From NCBI GenBank assembly GCA_963747085.1, contig CAVVDX010000001.1, positions 1,804,272 to 1,868,271 of the forward strand: a stretch of 64,000 nucleotides of DNA. Direction: 5' to 3'. Each line of letters begins with the position of its first letter. Position 1 is the first letter of the stretch. The notes beneath the pieces were generated by a model. It was not told the DNA's origin and did no database searches. It was given only the letters and a program-made list of their open reading frames with translations. A program made the position numbers and the translations under genes. Of the stretch, positions 9,767-19,904 are shown piece after piece. The DNA is from an uncultured Actinomycetota bacterium (GTDB lineage Bacteria > Actinomycetota > Acidimicrobiia > Acidimicrobiales > Bog-793).

Positions 9767-12164
9767 ATGCCAGCCCAACTCCGTGTGACGGCACAGCCGT
9801 CCGCGAGAATCACCAGCGTGAGCGCAACGACGAGCGAACCGAGGGCAGCCTGGGATGCCGTGCTGCTTGAGCACGAGGGCGGGGCAAGCCTCGTCACCAT
9901 CGCTCGCGACCGCAGGCTCGTGCTGGAGGACGCCCATGGGCCGCACTGGGTGGACCTCTCTTGGGTCGACGAGGCCGCCCTCGCTCTGGTCGATCTGGCT
10001 GTCCGGCGTGGCCAGAGCGTCGACCTGGTGTATCCCGCCCCTGCGGGCACGGTCGCCGTGCTCCTCGCGGCTCAGCTCCTGCTCGGTCGGTTCCTGGCCA
10101 CCCGCGGTGCGAGGGGGCTCCCTCGCCGTCTCTCGGACTGGTCACCGCTGACCCCACCATGGCCGAGCGGGTCTGGAAGCAGCTCCGGATCGCGACGCTG
10201 GGCGACCGTGCCCCGATCGACGAGGTCTTCGCGTGCTTCCGCGCTGGACCTGACGGCGAGAGCCCCGTCGGCGGCCGGCGCTTCACCGGCATCATCATCG
10301 GCCAGGCGTGCGCCGGCTGGCCGGTCGACTGCCTTGTCGTCGACCACCTCGCGGGACTGGTGAGTGTTCCGAGCGGACAGGCGTCGGTCGAGGTCTTCGC
10401 CGACCCTCTCGACCCAGCGCTCCGTCGGGCCGAGCACGATGGCCGACTGCTCTGGGGATGGGCCGACTCCGACCTCGCCCGATGGAACGATGCCCTTGAG
10501 ATCCACCCGACCACACGGTGCCGTTCTCGGTCGCCACCGAGCGCCTGAGCGCCATCGCCCACGGGGTCGATGTCACCATCTCCGTCGCTCACCACGCCGA
10601 CGCCGAGGCTGCATTGGCCCGGGTCCGCGAGGACCTGCGGCTGCTGCGAGTCCTGACCCCCGAGCGCTCCAACCGCCACGTCGAGCGCGGCCTGTCGGCC
10701 GCCTGGCACCATTCTCGACCTTGACCTCGCTCGCCTGTGAACCGGGCCGTTTCGACCGGTTCGCGGGGCTGCCGCCGTGGGCTGCTCGTGCGACCCGCAC
10801 CTTCGAGCCAGAGCTGACCGCCTGGGCACGCACTCTCGACGGCGACCAGGCGGAGATCGCCACCCTCCTGGCCAGCGACATCGGCGACCTCCGCGCTGCC
10901 CTCGACACCGTCAACCCACTGGGATCGGCGGTCGCCGAGCTGGCCGGGGGCGACACCGCGGCGCTCGTCGTGACCAAGACCAAGACCGCCTCTCGGGCGC
11001 TTCTCGATGCCCTCGGAGCTGACCCCGACGCGAGCGCCGTCGGCCCGCTCAGCGTGTGTGCCATCGGCCGTCTGCACCGACACGGGACGTGGCCTCGGGC
11101 GGTCGTCGTCGGAGAACCGGCGCCGTGGGACTGGCATCGGATTTGTCCGGCCTCTCGATCGAGGTGACCGTTCTGGCGCTCGGCGAGGCCTCGGGTCGGA
11201 CCTGCGCCGCCAGCGTCGACAGCGTCCGCGCCGCCCGGGAACGGTGGGGCAGCCCCGAGATCCGAGGCAGGACCTGGCGGACGCTGCTCGGCACCGATCC
11301 ACCGCCAGCCCCGGCGCCCGTCGCCGCCAGGCCGCCGGCGCTCGTCCTCGACGGCGCCGAATTGGTGCCGAACCCGACCCCTTCGAGCCCTTCGACTCCC
11401 TGTTCGACCTCGATCCGCTCGACATCGGCGACGAGGGACCCACGTCCCAGCTCGCCCGCCAGCTCGACGACGGCGACTGGGCGGCCGCCGTCGCCGCCGT
11501 CGTCGTGACCACCGACAGGGGTCGGGTGCTGCTCGAGGAGGCAAGATCGGTCGAGGTGCGAGTCGGTCCCAAGATCGAAGACCGGCGGCCGCTCAAGCTC
11601 CTGCATGGCGATGTCCTCCTCATCGGCCGCCGGCAGGGCCGGGTCGGCCTGCTCGAAGCCCTGGAGGAACGACTGGGAGATCGGCCCGACCTGCTCGCCG
11701 CACGGATGCTCCTCGACCGCTACCACCAGTTGGTCCGCGCCCGATTCGCCCAGTCGGGATTCAGCATCGCCGATCTCCACCGCAAGCTGGAGGCGCTCGG
11801 GTGCGACAAGACGGCGTTCGCCGTCCGCAGCTGGGTGACCGAGGGCGGGATCATGGCGCCTCGTGATCTCAGCGACCTGCGGCTGCTGTGCGTGGCGCTC
11901 GACCTCGGTATGTCCGACGTCCAGATCGGTGAACTGTTCGCCTGCGTCCAGCGCCGTCGGGTGTTCCGCCGGGCCGCCGGCCGGGCGCTCGCCGAGGCTG
12001 CTCGAAGCTCGACCCTCGTCGGGGACCAGCGTCGCGTCGATCCCGACACCGGCCTATCCATCGCCGACCTCCGCGACGCTGTCATCGAGGCAGTTGTCCT
12101 CGAAGTCCGGCCTTGCGAGGAACGGGTGCCGCTGACCCTGCTGGGACGACTGGAGAGCACGTGA
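9767..12164 (+). pseudogene. drmE: DrmE-like protein of about 800 aa (assigned by size and position only); five frame breaks
   Basis: Protein-like text can be followed through ORFs 9767, 9961, 10518, 10364, 11056 and 11007, with switches near 10112-10125, 10505-10515, 10700-10712, 11138-11142 and 11365-11375. It ends ..VPLTLLGRLEST at TGA 12162-12164, overlapping the drmA GTG (GTGA). I could read no catalytic motif. Confidence 0.45.
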
Positions 12165-15100
12165 CCGATCAGCTCAGTTCTGCCCACTGCACCACCTTCG
12201 TCTCGTGGATGCTCGACGGTGTCGTCGCCGAGGCGCGGGGTGACCGCATGCAGTTCCTGCCCGTCGCCCCCAAGGGTCGCTTCTGGCTGGGCCGGCTCGC
12301 CCCGGAGATCGTGGTCCAGAACAGCCGACTGGGGGAGCGAAGCGAACGGTTGGAGCCGTGCGAGGTCGGTATACGGGTTCGCCCCTCGGCCATCGATGGC
12401 CGCTCGGTCTCGTGCTCGGCTCAGTTCGTCGTCTGGAGCGAGTTCGACGGCGGCGATCAGCCGGACGCCGACAAGTGGCGCAAGAGCGAGCCCATCGAGG
12501 TGACCGCGACATTGCCGATCCCGAACGCCATCGCCCAGGTAACGTCCGCCGGCCGCGATGCCTTCGAGCGGGCGCTCGCCGGCAACGGGGCTGTTGGCAT
12601 GAGCTGTGAGTTCCACGCCGAACTTGAGTTCGGCAAGGACGGCCCCGAACTCGTCGTCACGCTGGTCAACATCTCGCCCGAGGAACTCGACGGCTGGGAC
12701 ACCAACCTCTACGAGGCGTCGATGACCGCCGATGTCGGCGCGACCGAGCCCTTCACCCTGGACAACCTCCCCGATTCGTTCCGGTACGAGCGGACGGTCC
12801 CGGCCTACGGCGTCAACGGCGGCGTCGAGCTGGTCTCGTCCACCGTCTTCCAGACCACCGACGTCGCCGTCCGCGATCAACCGCGGCCGGACTATTGGGA
12901 CCACGAGGCCGGCACGGCGCCGGACATCACCTTCGCGGCCCTGGCAGACGACCCGATGCCGAGCCTGCGGAACCTCGTCACCCTGGCAGCGCAGTGGGGT
13001 GACCACCACTGGTCCGATCAGGTGCTCGCCGGCCGGGCCGACCACGAGCACTGGGACGAGGGCATGCGCCAGCTTGCCGCAGAGGAGGCAGCCGCCTTCT
13101 TCGACGAGCTGGCCCGGCTCCAGCAGGGGGTCACGCTGCTCGACGGCGACGAGGGGCTGCGACGCGCCTTCCGGTTCGCCAACCGGGCCTTCGCAACGTC
13201 ACCCGCCGTGCCCCATGGGGGCTGGCGAGCGTTCCAACTCGGCTTCGTGCTCGCCAATGTCGCCTCCATCGCCGACGATTCGCCGCACGGCCCCCGCGAG
13301 GTCGTCGACACGCTCTGGTTCGCCACGGGCGGCGGCAAGACCGAGACCTACCTCCTCTACGTGGTGACGGCTGCGTTCTTCGACCGTCTCCGTGGCAAGC
13401 GCGAGGGGATCACGTCCTGGGGCCGCTTCCCGCTGCGGATGCTGTCGCTTCAGCAGACGCAACGCTTCGCCGACGTGCTCGCTGCCGCCGAACTCGTGCG
13501 CCGCGACGAACAGATCGACGGCCAGCCCTTCTCGCTCGGCTTCTTCGTGGGCAACAACGGGACTCCCAACAAGATCCCCACTGCCCGCGATCACCGGCCG
13601 GGTCAGCCCGACCCCAACGACGCCGAGATGCCTGGCCGCTACCAGGTCCTGCTCCGCTGCCCCTTCTGTACCTCTTCGTCGCTCGAGATGCGCTTCGATC
13701 AGCAGCGCTGGGCCCTCGACCACGTCTGCACCGCCGCAGACTGCCCGTGGGGAGGCCGGCCGTTGCTCATCCGCGTCGTCGACGAGGAGATCTACCGCTC
13801 GCTGCCGACGGTCGTCCTCGGCACGCTCGACAAGGCGGCGAGCATCTCGATGCAGGCGGCGATGCGCGGCTTCTATGGGCCACCGGCCGGACGCTGCCCC
13901 CAGCAGGGGCACGGCTACACCTACGCGCCGAGGAGCAAGTCCCCGTCCGGATGCCTCTTCCCGGGCTGCTCGGCGCAACCCGGCCCGCTTCGTCAGGACG
14001 CCGCGATGTTCGCCCCCACCATCCGGATGCAGGACGAGCTGCACCTCCTCCGCGACAGCCTGGGGGCGGTCGATGCCCACTACGAGGCCCTGCTCGACGC
14101 GCTCCAGACCCATTACGGCTCGACCCCGAAGATCATCGCCTCTTCGGCCACCCTCGCCGGTCACGACGAGCAGGTGGCTGCGCTCTACCGCCGCGAGGGA
14201 CGAACCTTTCCCCGTCCTGGCCCGCGGGTCGGTCACTCGTTCTGGTCCCGCGACACGGAGAAGCTCGCCCGGCGGTTCGCGGGCGTCGCACCGCGTGGCG
14301 TGACGCTGGAGTACGCCACCGACCAGCTCACCGAGGCGCTCCAACGCGTGACGCGGCGAGCGATCGACGAGCCTGCTGCCGTCGCCGCCGAGACCGGCCT
14401 GGCGACCGACCTCTTCCCCGCTCTCGTGTCGATCTACGGCGTCGATGTGGTCTACGGCTCGACGCTCAAGGACGTCGAGGCGGTGGCACGTTCCTTCGAC
14501 ACCCAGATCCAGCTCTCCCGCCCGGTCAACGCCGCGACGCTCACCGGCCGGACGCCGCTCGACGAGGTCCGCGCCACGCTGGCCCGTCTCACGCACCCCG
14601 AGGCCGACTTCTACGACCGGATCCATCTCGTGGCGGCGTCGTCGATGCTCTCCCACGGCGTCGACATCAATCGGCTCAACGTCATGGTCATGCTCGGGCT
14701 GCCGCTCGCCACCGCCGAGTTCATCCAGACGACCTCACGAGTCGGACGCACCCACCCCGGTCTCGTTATCGTCCTCCACAAGATCGGCCGCGAGCGCGAC
14801 GCCGCCGTCTACCGCACCTTCCCGTCATTCGTTGCCCATGCAGATCGCCTGATCGATCCCGTGCCGGTGACGGCCAAGAGCCGTCGGGTGCTGGAGCTGA
14901 CCTTCGCTGGACTCGTCCAGGCCCGCCTCTTCGGGATCCATGAACCTGCGGCGATCGCCGCCAACCTCAGACAGCTCACTCTCCCGGCCGCGGTGCGACG
15001 GGCCTTCGCCCGCCTCCCCGTGCTGGAGCCGGCGGAACTGGCGGCACTGGTCGCGATGCTCGCCTTCACGGGGCCACTCGACGAGAACCTGAGACAGGAT

Positions 15101-15256
15101 CTCCAGACCTACCTGCGCGAGTTTTTCCGTGCCCTCAACGACCCGGCCAGCAGCGCCCATTGGGTCGACGATCTCTTCCCTACGGGCAAGCCGATGCTGT
15201 CCCTGCGGGACGTCGAGGAACAGGCTCCGGTCTACTCAAGGGGCGGTCGGTCGTGA
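12161..15256 (+). CDS. drmA: DrmA-like SF2 helicase (DISARM core), intact
   Basis: Uninterrupted ORF (12113-15256; likely GTG start at 12161). Walker A: LWFATGGGKTETY (13322-13345). Motif II: IRMQDELHLL (DELH at 14033-14044). Also IIASSATLAGH, and motifs V-VI VAASSMLSHGVDINRLNVMVMLGLP..AEFIQTTSRVGR. A CPFC...C..DCPWG zinc-knuckle insert is present. Confidence 0.8.
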   Translation: MTDQLSSAHCTTFVSWMLDGVVAEARGDRMQFLPVAPKGRFWLGRLAPEIVVQNSRLGERSERLEPCEVGIRVRPSAIDGRSVSCSAQFVVWSEFDGGDQPDADKWRKSEPIEVTATLPIPNAIAQVTSAGRDAFERALAGNGAVGMSCEFHAELEFGKDGPELVVTLVNISPEELDGWDTNLYEASMTADVGATEPFTLDNLPDSFRYERTVPAYGVNGGVELVSSTVFQTTDVAVRDQPRPDYWDHEAGTAPDITFAALADDPMPSLRNLVTLAAQWGDHHWSDQVLAGRADHEHWDEGMRQLAAEEAAAFFDELARLQQGVTLLDGDEGLRRAFRFANRAFATSPAVPHGGWRAFQLGFVLANVASIADDSPHGPREVVDTLWFATGGGKTETYLLYVVTAAFFDRLRGKREGITSWGRFPLRMLSLQQTQRFADVLAAAELVRRDEQIDGQPFSLGFFVGNNGTPNKIPTARDHRPGQPDPNDAEMPGRYQVLLRCPFCTSSSLEMRFDQQRWALDHVCTAADCPWGGRPLLIRVVDEEIYRSLPTVVLGTLDKAASISMQAAMRGFYGPPAGRCPQQGHGYTYAPRSKSPSGCLFPGCSAQPGPLRQDAAMFAPTIRMQDELHLLRDSLGAVDAHYEALLDALQTHYGSTPKIIASSATLAGHDEQVAALYRREGRTFPRPGPRVGHSFWSRDTEKLARRFAGVAPRGVTLEYATDQLTEALQRVTRRAIDEPAAVAAETGLATDLFPALVSIYGVDVVYGSTLKDVEAVARSFDTQIQLSRPVNAATLTGRTPLDEVRATLARLTHPEADFYDRIHLVAASSMLSHGVDINRLNVMVMLGLPLATAEFIQTTSRVGRTHPGLVIVLHKIGRERDAAVYRTFPSFVAHADRLIDPVPVTAKSRRVLELTFAGLVQARLFGIHEPAAIAANLRQLTLPAAVRRAFARLPVLEPAELAALVAMLAFTGPLDENLRQDLQTYLREFFRALNDPASSAHWVDDLFPTGKPMLSLRDVEEQAPVYSRGGRS

Positions 15257-16947
15257 GGGTCGAGCGGGGAGCGTCGCAGATCCTCTTCGGGCTCCTCCCT
15301 GGCCAAACTGCGGATCTCGAGGGCCGCATCTGGCGCGTCACCAACTGGGTCGACCCGGTCCAGACTGCACTCGACCAGGACACGGTTCGGTCGGCCCTCA
15401 TCGCCGCCATCGCCCCGTGGGCCGCCACTGGCAACGACGACGGTCTGACCGCCGAGCTGCGGGCCAGAGCCGCGGTCGACATCGTGAGACTCAACATGGA
15501 TCGCGGCGTGCTCGTCGAGCCTTTCCCGCAGCAGTGGCGCTGCAAGACCTGCGGCACGATCACTGCGTTCGCGTGACGACCGCTGTCCCTGCGGTGGACG
15601 AACTCGGGCGCAGATGCAGTTCGTCTCTTACCACACGTGCGGGGCGGCACGAGAGCCGATCCTCCAACCCTGCCGGACCCACAACGCCGTCGCTGTGCAC
15701 CTGCCCGGCACGTCCACCGCCCGCGAACTCCGCTTTTTCTGTCCTCAGTGTCGAGCAACGATCTCCCAGGGCTTCCCGTACCAGGTGTGCAACTGCGGCG
15801 GCGGGATGAGCGTCACCGTCCACCGTGCCGCCGTCGTCTTTTCGCCCCGGTTCGCAGTCCTCGTCAACCCGCCCGACCCGGCCACCGCCGCCCGGCTCAG
15901 AGCCGGCGGTGGTGGCGCTCGCGCGCTGGAGTGGGTGGTCGACGGCATGACCACCGACGACCCCACCGCCGGCCGACAGACCCTGGCCGGCCTCGTGGAG
16001 GGCTTTCGCCAGATGGGGTTGTCGGAGGCGACCGCGCACGATCTCGCCCGCCAGGCGGCGGCGCAGGGCGAGGTCGATGCCGGAGCTGCCAATCCGATCG
16101 CGCTCCAGGACCCTGTTCGGGAGAAGGCGCAGGAGGAGGCACTGAGCCTCGCCTCCGCTGTCTCGGGCGGCCGAACCCGGGTGGCCGACATGGTGGCCGG
16201 CACGACGCCGCCGCTGCGCACCCTCTACGAGGGCGCGTATCACGACGCCACGCGCGCCGCCCATCTCGAGGGCGTCGATCTGCTGGCCAACTTCCCCGTC
16301 GCAACCCTCGGCTTCGGCTACACCCGCGGCGACATGAACCCCGGCGTCGCCCGTCTGGTGCCGTTTCGCGATCGGGGTCACATCCGAGCCTATGCATCCC
16401 TCAGTCGGACGGAGGCGCTGCTGTTCCGGCTCGATCCCCTCGCGGTCCTCCATCACCTGACGGTGACCGGACACCCGCTGCCGCCGGCTGTGGATGCACG
16501 AGCGGCACGGCTCGCGATCCTCGAGAATCTCGACATCCCCTGGCCGACCCAGGAGCAGTACCAGCCGCTCGGCGGGAGCGTGCTGTTGCTGCTCCACTCC
16601 TATGCGCACCGAACCATCCGCCGGCTCGCGGCCTTCGCCGGCATCGACGCGACGGGTTGGCCGAATACCTGCTGCCCCACCATCTCGGATTCGTGGTGTA
16701 CGCCGCCTCGCGCGGTGACTTCGTCCTCGGCGGGCTACAGGCGGTCTTCGAGACCTCGCTGCATCGCTTCCTCGAGGACTTCGTCGCGGGCGAGTCACGC
16801 TGTGCCCTCGATCCCGGCTGTCGCAGCGGCGGCGGTGCATGCATGGCCTGCCTGCACCTGGGCGAACCCTCCTGTCGCTGGTTCAATCGCTTCCTCGACC
16901 GTTCCCAGCTCTTCGGTGAGCACGGCTTCGTGCTGGACGCTCGCTGA
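15253..16947 (+). pseudogene. drmB: DrmB-like DUF1998 protein (DISARM core); two frame breaks
   Basis: GTG 15253 overlaps the drmA stop (GTGA). Reads ..FPQQWRCKTCGTITAF, then after a break at ~15570 RDDRCPCGG..FVSYHTCG..FFCPQCRA..CNCGG. After a break at ~16648 it reads GLAEYLLPHHLGFVVYAASRGDFVLGGL..SRCALDPGCRSGGGACMACLHLGEPSCRWFNRFLDR, the DUF1998-type Cys cluster. Confidence 0.75.
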
Positions 16948-16949
16948 CG

Positions 16950-17688
16950 GTGCACGACGCCGAACTGGTCGGCGGCGTCCTTTACGCCGCCCCCGATCCG
17001 TGGAGCACTGCACACGATCTCGCGGGGCTCCTCGCCGCGCCTCGGACCGATCGCCGGCAGGCGTCCGGCCTCGGTCTCGATCCCGACCTCGTCGACGTGC
17101 TGCGTGCTCACTTCGGCGGTGATCGCCCGCGGATCGACACTGCCTGCGACCTCGGGGCGGCGTGGGTCCTCGGGCGCCGTTCGGTCGTGAGCGCTGAGCC
17201 GTGGGACCTCGTCGCCTCGCTGCCGGCGAATACGCCGCTGCCGACGCGGCCTGACCCGCACGACCGCCGAGACCCTGGTGCAGCTCGTGACCCAGTCGAC
17301 GACGTCACTTCGGTTGGCGGCACCGTTCATCGACCTGCCGGGCATCTCGCACCTGGCCGACGGCCTCGCGGCGGCGACGGCCCGAGGCGTCCACCTCGAG
17401 ATCCTGCTGCCCACCCGCTCGACCCATGCTGGGGGAGCGCTCCACGAACTGCGCGCCACGATCGCCAGGGACGGCAACAGCGCCAACCTGTCGGTCGCGG
17501 CAATCCGCGAGGACGCTCCGTGGGCGCACTTGAAAGCGCTCACGTCGGACTCGCGGGCCGCCTACATCGGCAGCGCCAACGTCACCGGCGCCGGTCTGGC
17601 AGGCCTGAACCTTGAGCTGGGCATCCTCGTCCGTGGGCCGGCGGTTGCCGTCGTCGAGCGGGTGCTGGACCTGTTCCGCGAACGCTGA
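16950..17688 (+). pseudogene. drmC: DrmC-like PLD-family nuclease (DISARM); one frame break
   Basis: GTG 16950 lies 2 nt after the drmB stop. The break is at ~17247. The downstream frame (ORF 17278-17688) holds a single HKD motif, HLKALTSDSRAAYIGSAN (17527-17580). Confidence 0.75.
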
Positions 17689-18071
17689 CCTTCTCGGCCG
17701 TCGGCCGGATCTCGCCACTCACCTTCCCGGGCTTCGCCCGAAGGGCTTGGCGTTTCGCCGCCGGCACGCGCTTCGGCCGGGACTCGGGCGACGAGCCGGC
17801 ACCGAGCTCGCCGCCGCGTCGCTCGCTGGAGGAGGCTGATGGGGCCTCCGAGGTGAGGCCGCTCCTCGGGCCCTCCAGGGCGGCACGCCGCTGGGGTGGT
17901 GTGTTGCCGGTGATCCTGGTGAACGCCAAGAAGGGAGTCACCCCGGAGGGTGGACCCCCTTCGGCCTTCAAGGTTCAGCCCTCACGCTCAGGAAGCGGGT
18001 CCTCGGCCAACGCGTCGGGGTCGACCCCGCCGTTAGCGATTCGCACCTGCTTGAAGGCGTTGGAGCGGGGA

Positions 18072-19440
18072 TTAGTCGATTGCGTTCACCGCGTTGGCAC
18101 CGACCTCCTTGGCGCCGGCCGCCGCCAATACCAGCACCTCCGGTTCGACCTTGACTTTGTGCTTGCGCTTGCGCCCATTGGGCAACCTCTCGGTCAGGAT
18201 CTTTTGTTGGGGGGCGATCTTGCCAGCGATCTTGTCCCATCGCCGGTTGACTGACCATCGGATCTTGCGGAATTCGTCGCGGTATGGGTCTGTTCGGACA
18301 TGTTCGCCGATTCCACCCAGGCGTGGCCCATCAGCCCGAGGGCGACCTTGATGGGCATGGCACGGATGCGAAGTCGGGGTCGATGAACAGTCGGGCCGGA
18401 TCGACCCCTTCGGGTACCAACTCGGTGAAGTAGTCGAGCAAGGTCTTGAGAAAGCGAGCACCGCCGTTAACGACCTGCTGGTGTTTATGGCCCTCGGGCG
18501 CATCAAGGAAGTCGCCTTGCCAGTTGCTTTGCTATCGCTACCGGTGCCGATCGCTGGGACAAGCTCGACTGCCTCGGCTGAACAACAGGTACTCGCCCTG
18601 TGCCTGTGCCGCCACGGCGGTCTGGCGGCCCTCGGTTTGCAGCCAGAGGTCGTCCTTCAACTCCGGAGCCGGTGGAGTATCTCTGCTGTGCATTTCACCC
18701 AGGGGTCCCGAATGTTCAGGGCGAGTACCCTCGTTTCCCGTCAGCTTCACGCCCTGGATGTCAGGTCGGCGAAAATCTGTCCAGCTTCACGGACACCTAC
18801 GCCGTGGACTGATAAGCAGCGTTCCCTCGGTTCCCCGGAGCTTCTCCCGCTTGCTGCCCGGCAGCTTGTGCTGGGGTCCAACGCCAACCTATCGCCCGGT
18901 GTCGGGACTCGGCGTCGAGGATCATGAATTTCGTGTAGTGATCGAACTGGTGCAGGCGGAACTCGCCGCCCATGTGAGCGTGGGAGTCACCGGACGGTTT
19001 ACCGGTGGACTGGTCGGGGGGTGCAGACGAAGGCGGCAGCGGACCGCCTGCGGGCGGGTAGTCGAGGATGGGGCCCTCGACGTACCCTCCGGAGCTGCTT
19101 CTCGGCGTTCTCGCCCTTCGCAGTGAGAGTGCCCCTGCCGATCACCTTTAGTTCCTTCTTCGGCTCACCGGTCCTTCGGTCGATCACCGCCTCGCCGTTC
19201 TCGTCGACCACCACGACCCACTGGGTCTTTGGGTGGTGAACCGCCCGTTGGATGTCGCCGTGCACGGGGCGCAGAACTTGGCAGCGGGCATCGAGGAAGA
19301 CGTACGTGCGATCACCCTCGTTCGCGGATCTCGAACGCCATGCCCGGTACGACGAGGTCGGTCATGCGCCCGACGGGTATCACACTGGCTGCGACATTTG
19401 GGTTGAGCTCGATGCCGCCGATAACGGTCTTGATAGCCAT
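18072..19440 (-). pseudogene. Degraded gene of unknown function (at least 4 frame breaks)
   Basis: ATG 19440 is preceded by GGAGGTGGAGGAG. Reads MAIKTVIGGIELNPNVAASVIPVGRMTDLVVPGMAFEIRE.. then ..DRTYVFLDARCQVLRPVHGDIQRAVHHPKTQWVVVVDENGEAVIDRRTGEPKKELKVIGRGTLTAK.. then ..VEGPILDYPPAG..GGEFRLHQFDHYTKFMILDAE.. then ..DFLDAPEGHKHQQVVNGGARFLKTLLDYFTELVPEGVD.. and finally ..DPYRDEFRKIRWSVNRRWDKIAGKIAPQQKILTERLPNGRKRKHKVKVEPEV. Family not recognised. Confidence 0.35.
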
Positions 19441-19904
19441 TACTCCTCCACCTCCAGAATGTGGGCGGGCACGGGCAGGGGTTGGTCCATGGGTCCGGGT
19501 GCCGTCCGTTTCTCTCGCCGATCCCCCTGGCATGCAGGGCAGCTGGATTCGGCACGTCCGCTCGTCTTCCGCGACTCTACGGAATCTCGAGTCGGAATGC
19601 AACTCACTCGAGTAAGTATTGTTTTGACTCTAGACTCTTCACTCCCGATGCTCGGTGGGAGCGAAGCAGGACGCCGACCGTGACGACGCAGCCGATGACG
19701 AAGGGGAGGACGAGTTGGCCGGAGCGCAGGACCGACCACGTCAACTGCCGCCCTCGCCGACGAGGTCCTGACCCTGCAGAGCGTCGAGTGACCACGGCCA
19801 CGGAGGTTCAACGTCACCAGGTGCATCCCGGTGTCGAGGTGGGCTGTGCAATGCGGACGGTACGGACGAGAGGGAGCAGCCCTCCTACGGACTGACCAGC
19901 TCGC

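Noticed and set aside
12161-15256. Interpreting the 1031-aa helicase as a housekeeping Lhr/MrfA-type DEAD/DEAH repair helicase.
   Set aside because: In those enzymes the DUF1998 Cys cluster is fused to the helicase. Here it is a separate, translationally coupled downstream gene followed by a PLD nuclease, which is the DISARM arrangement. HMM confirmation is still needed.
17689-18071. Possible terminator or att site after drmC (short GGCCG-t-CGGCC and CTTCG-cc-CGAAG palindromes).
   Set aside because: The stems are only 5 bp with 1-2-nt loops and no T-tract. There is no similarity to the tRNA-Ser 3' end.
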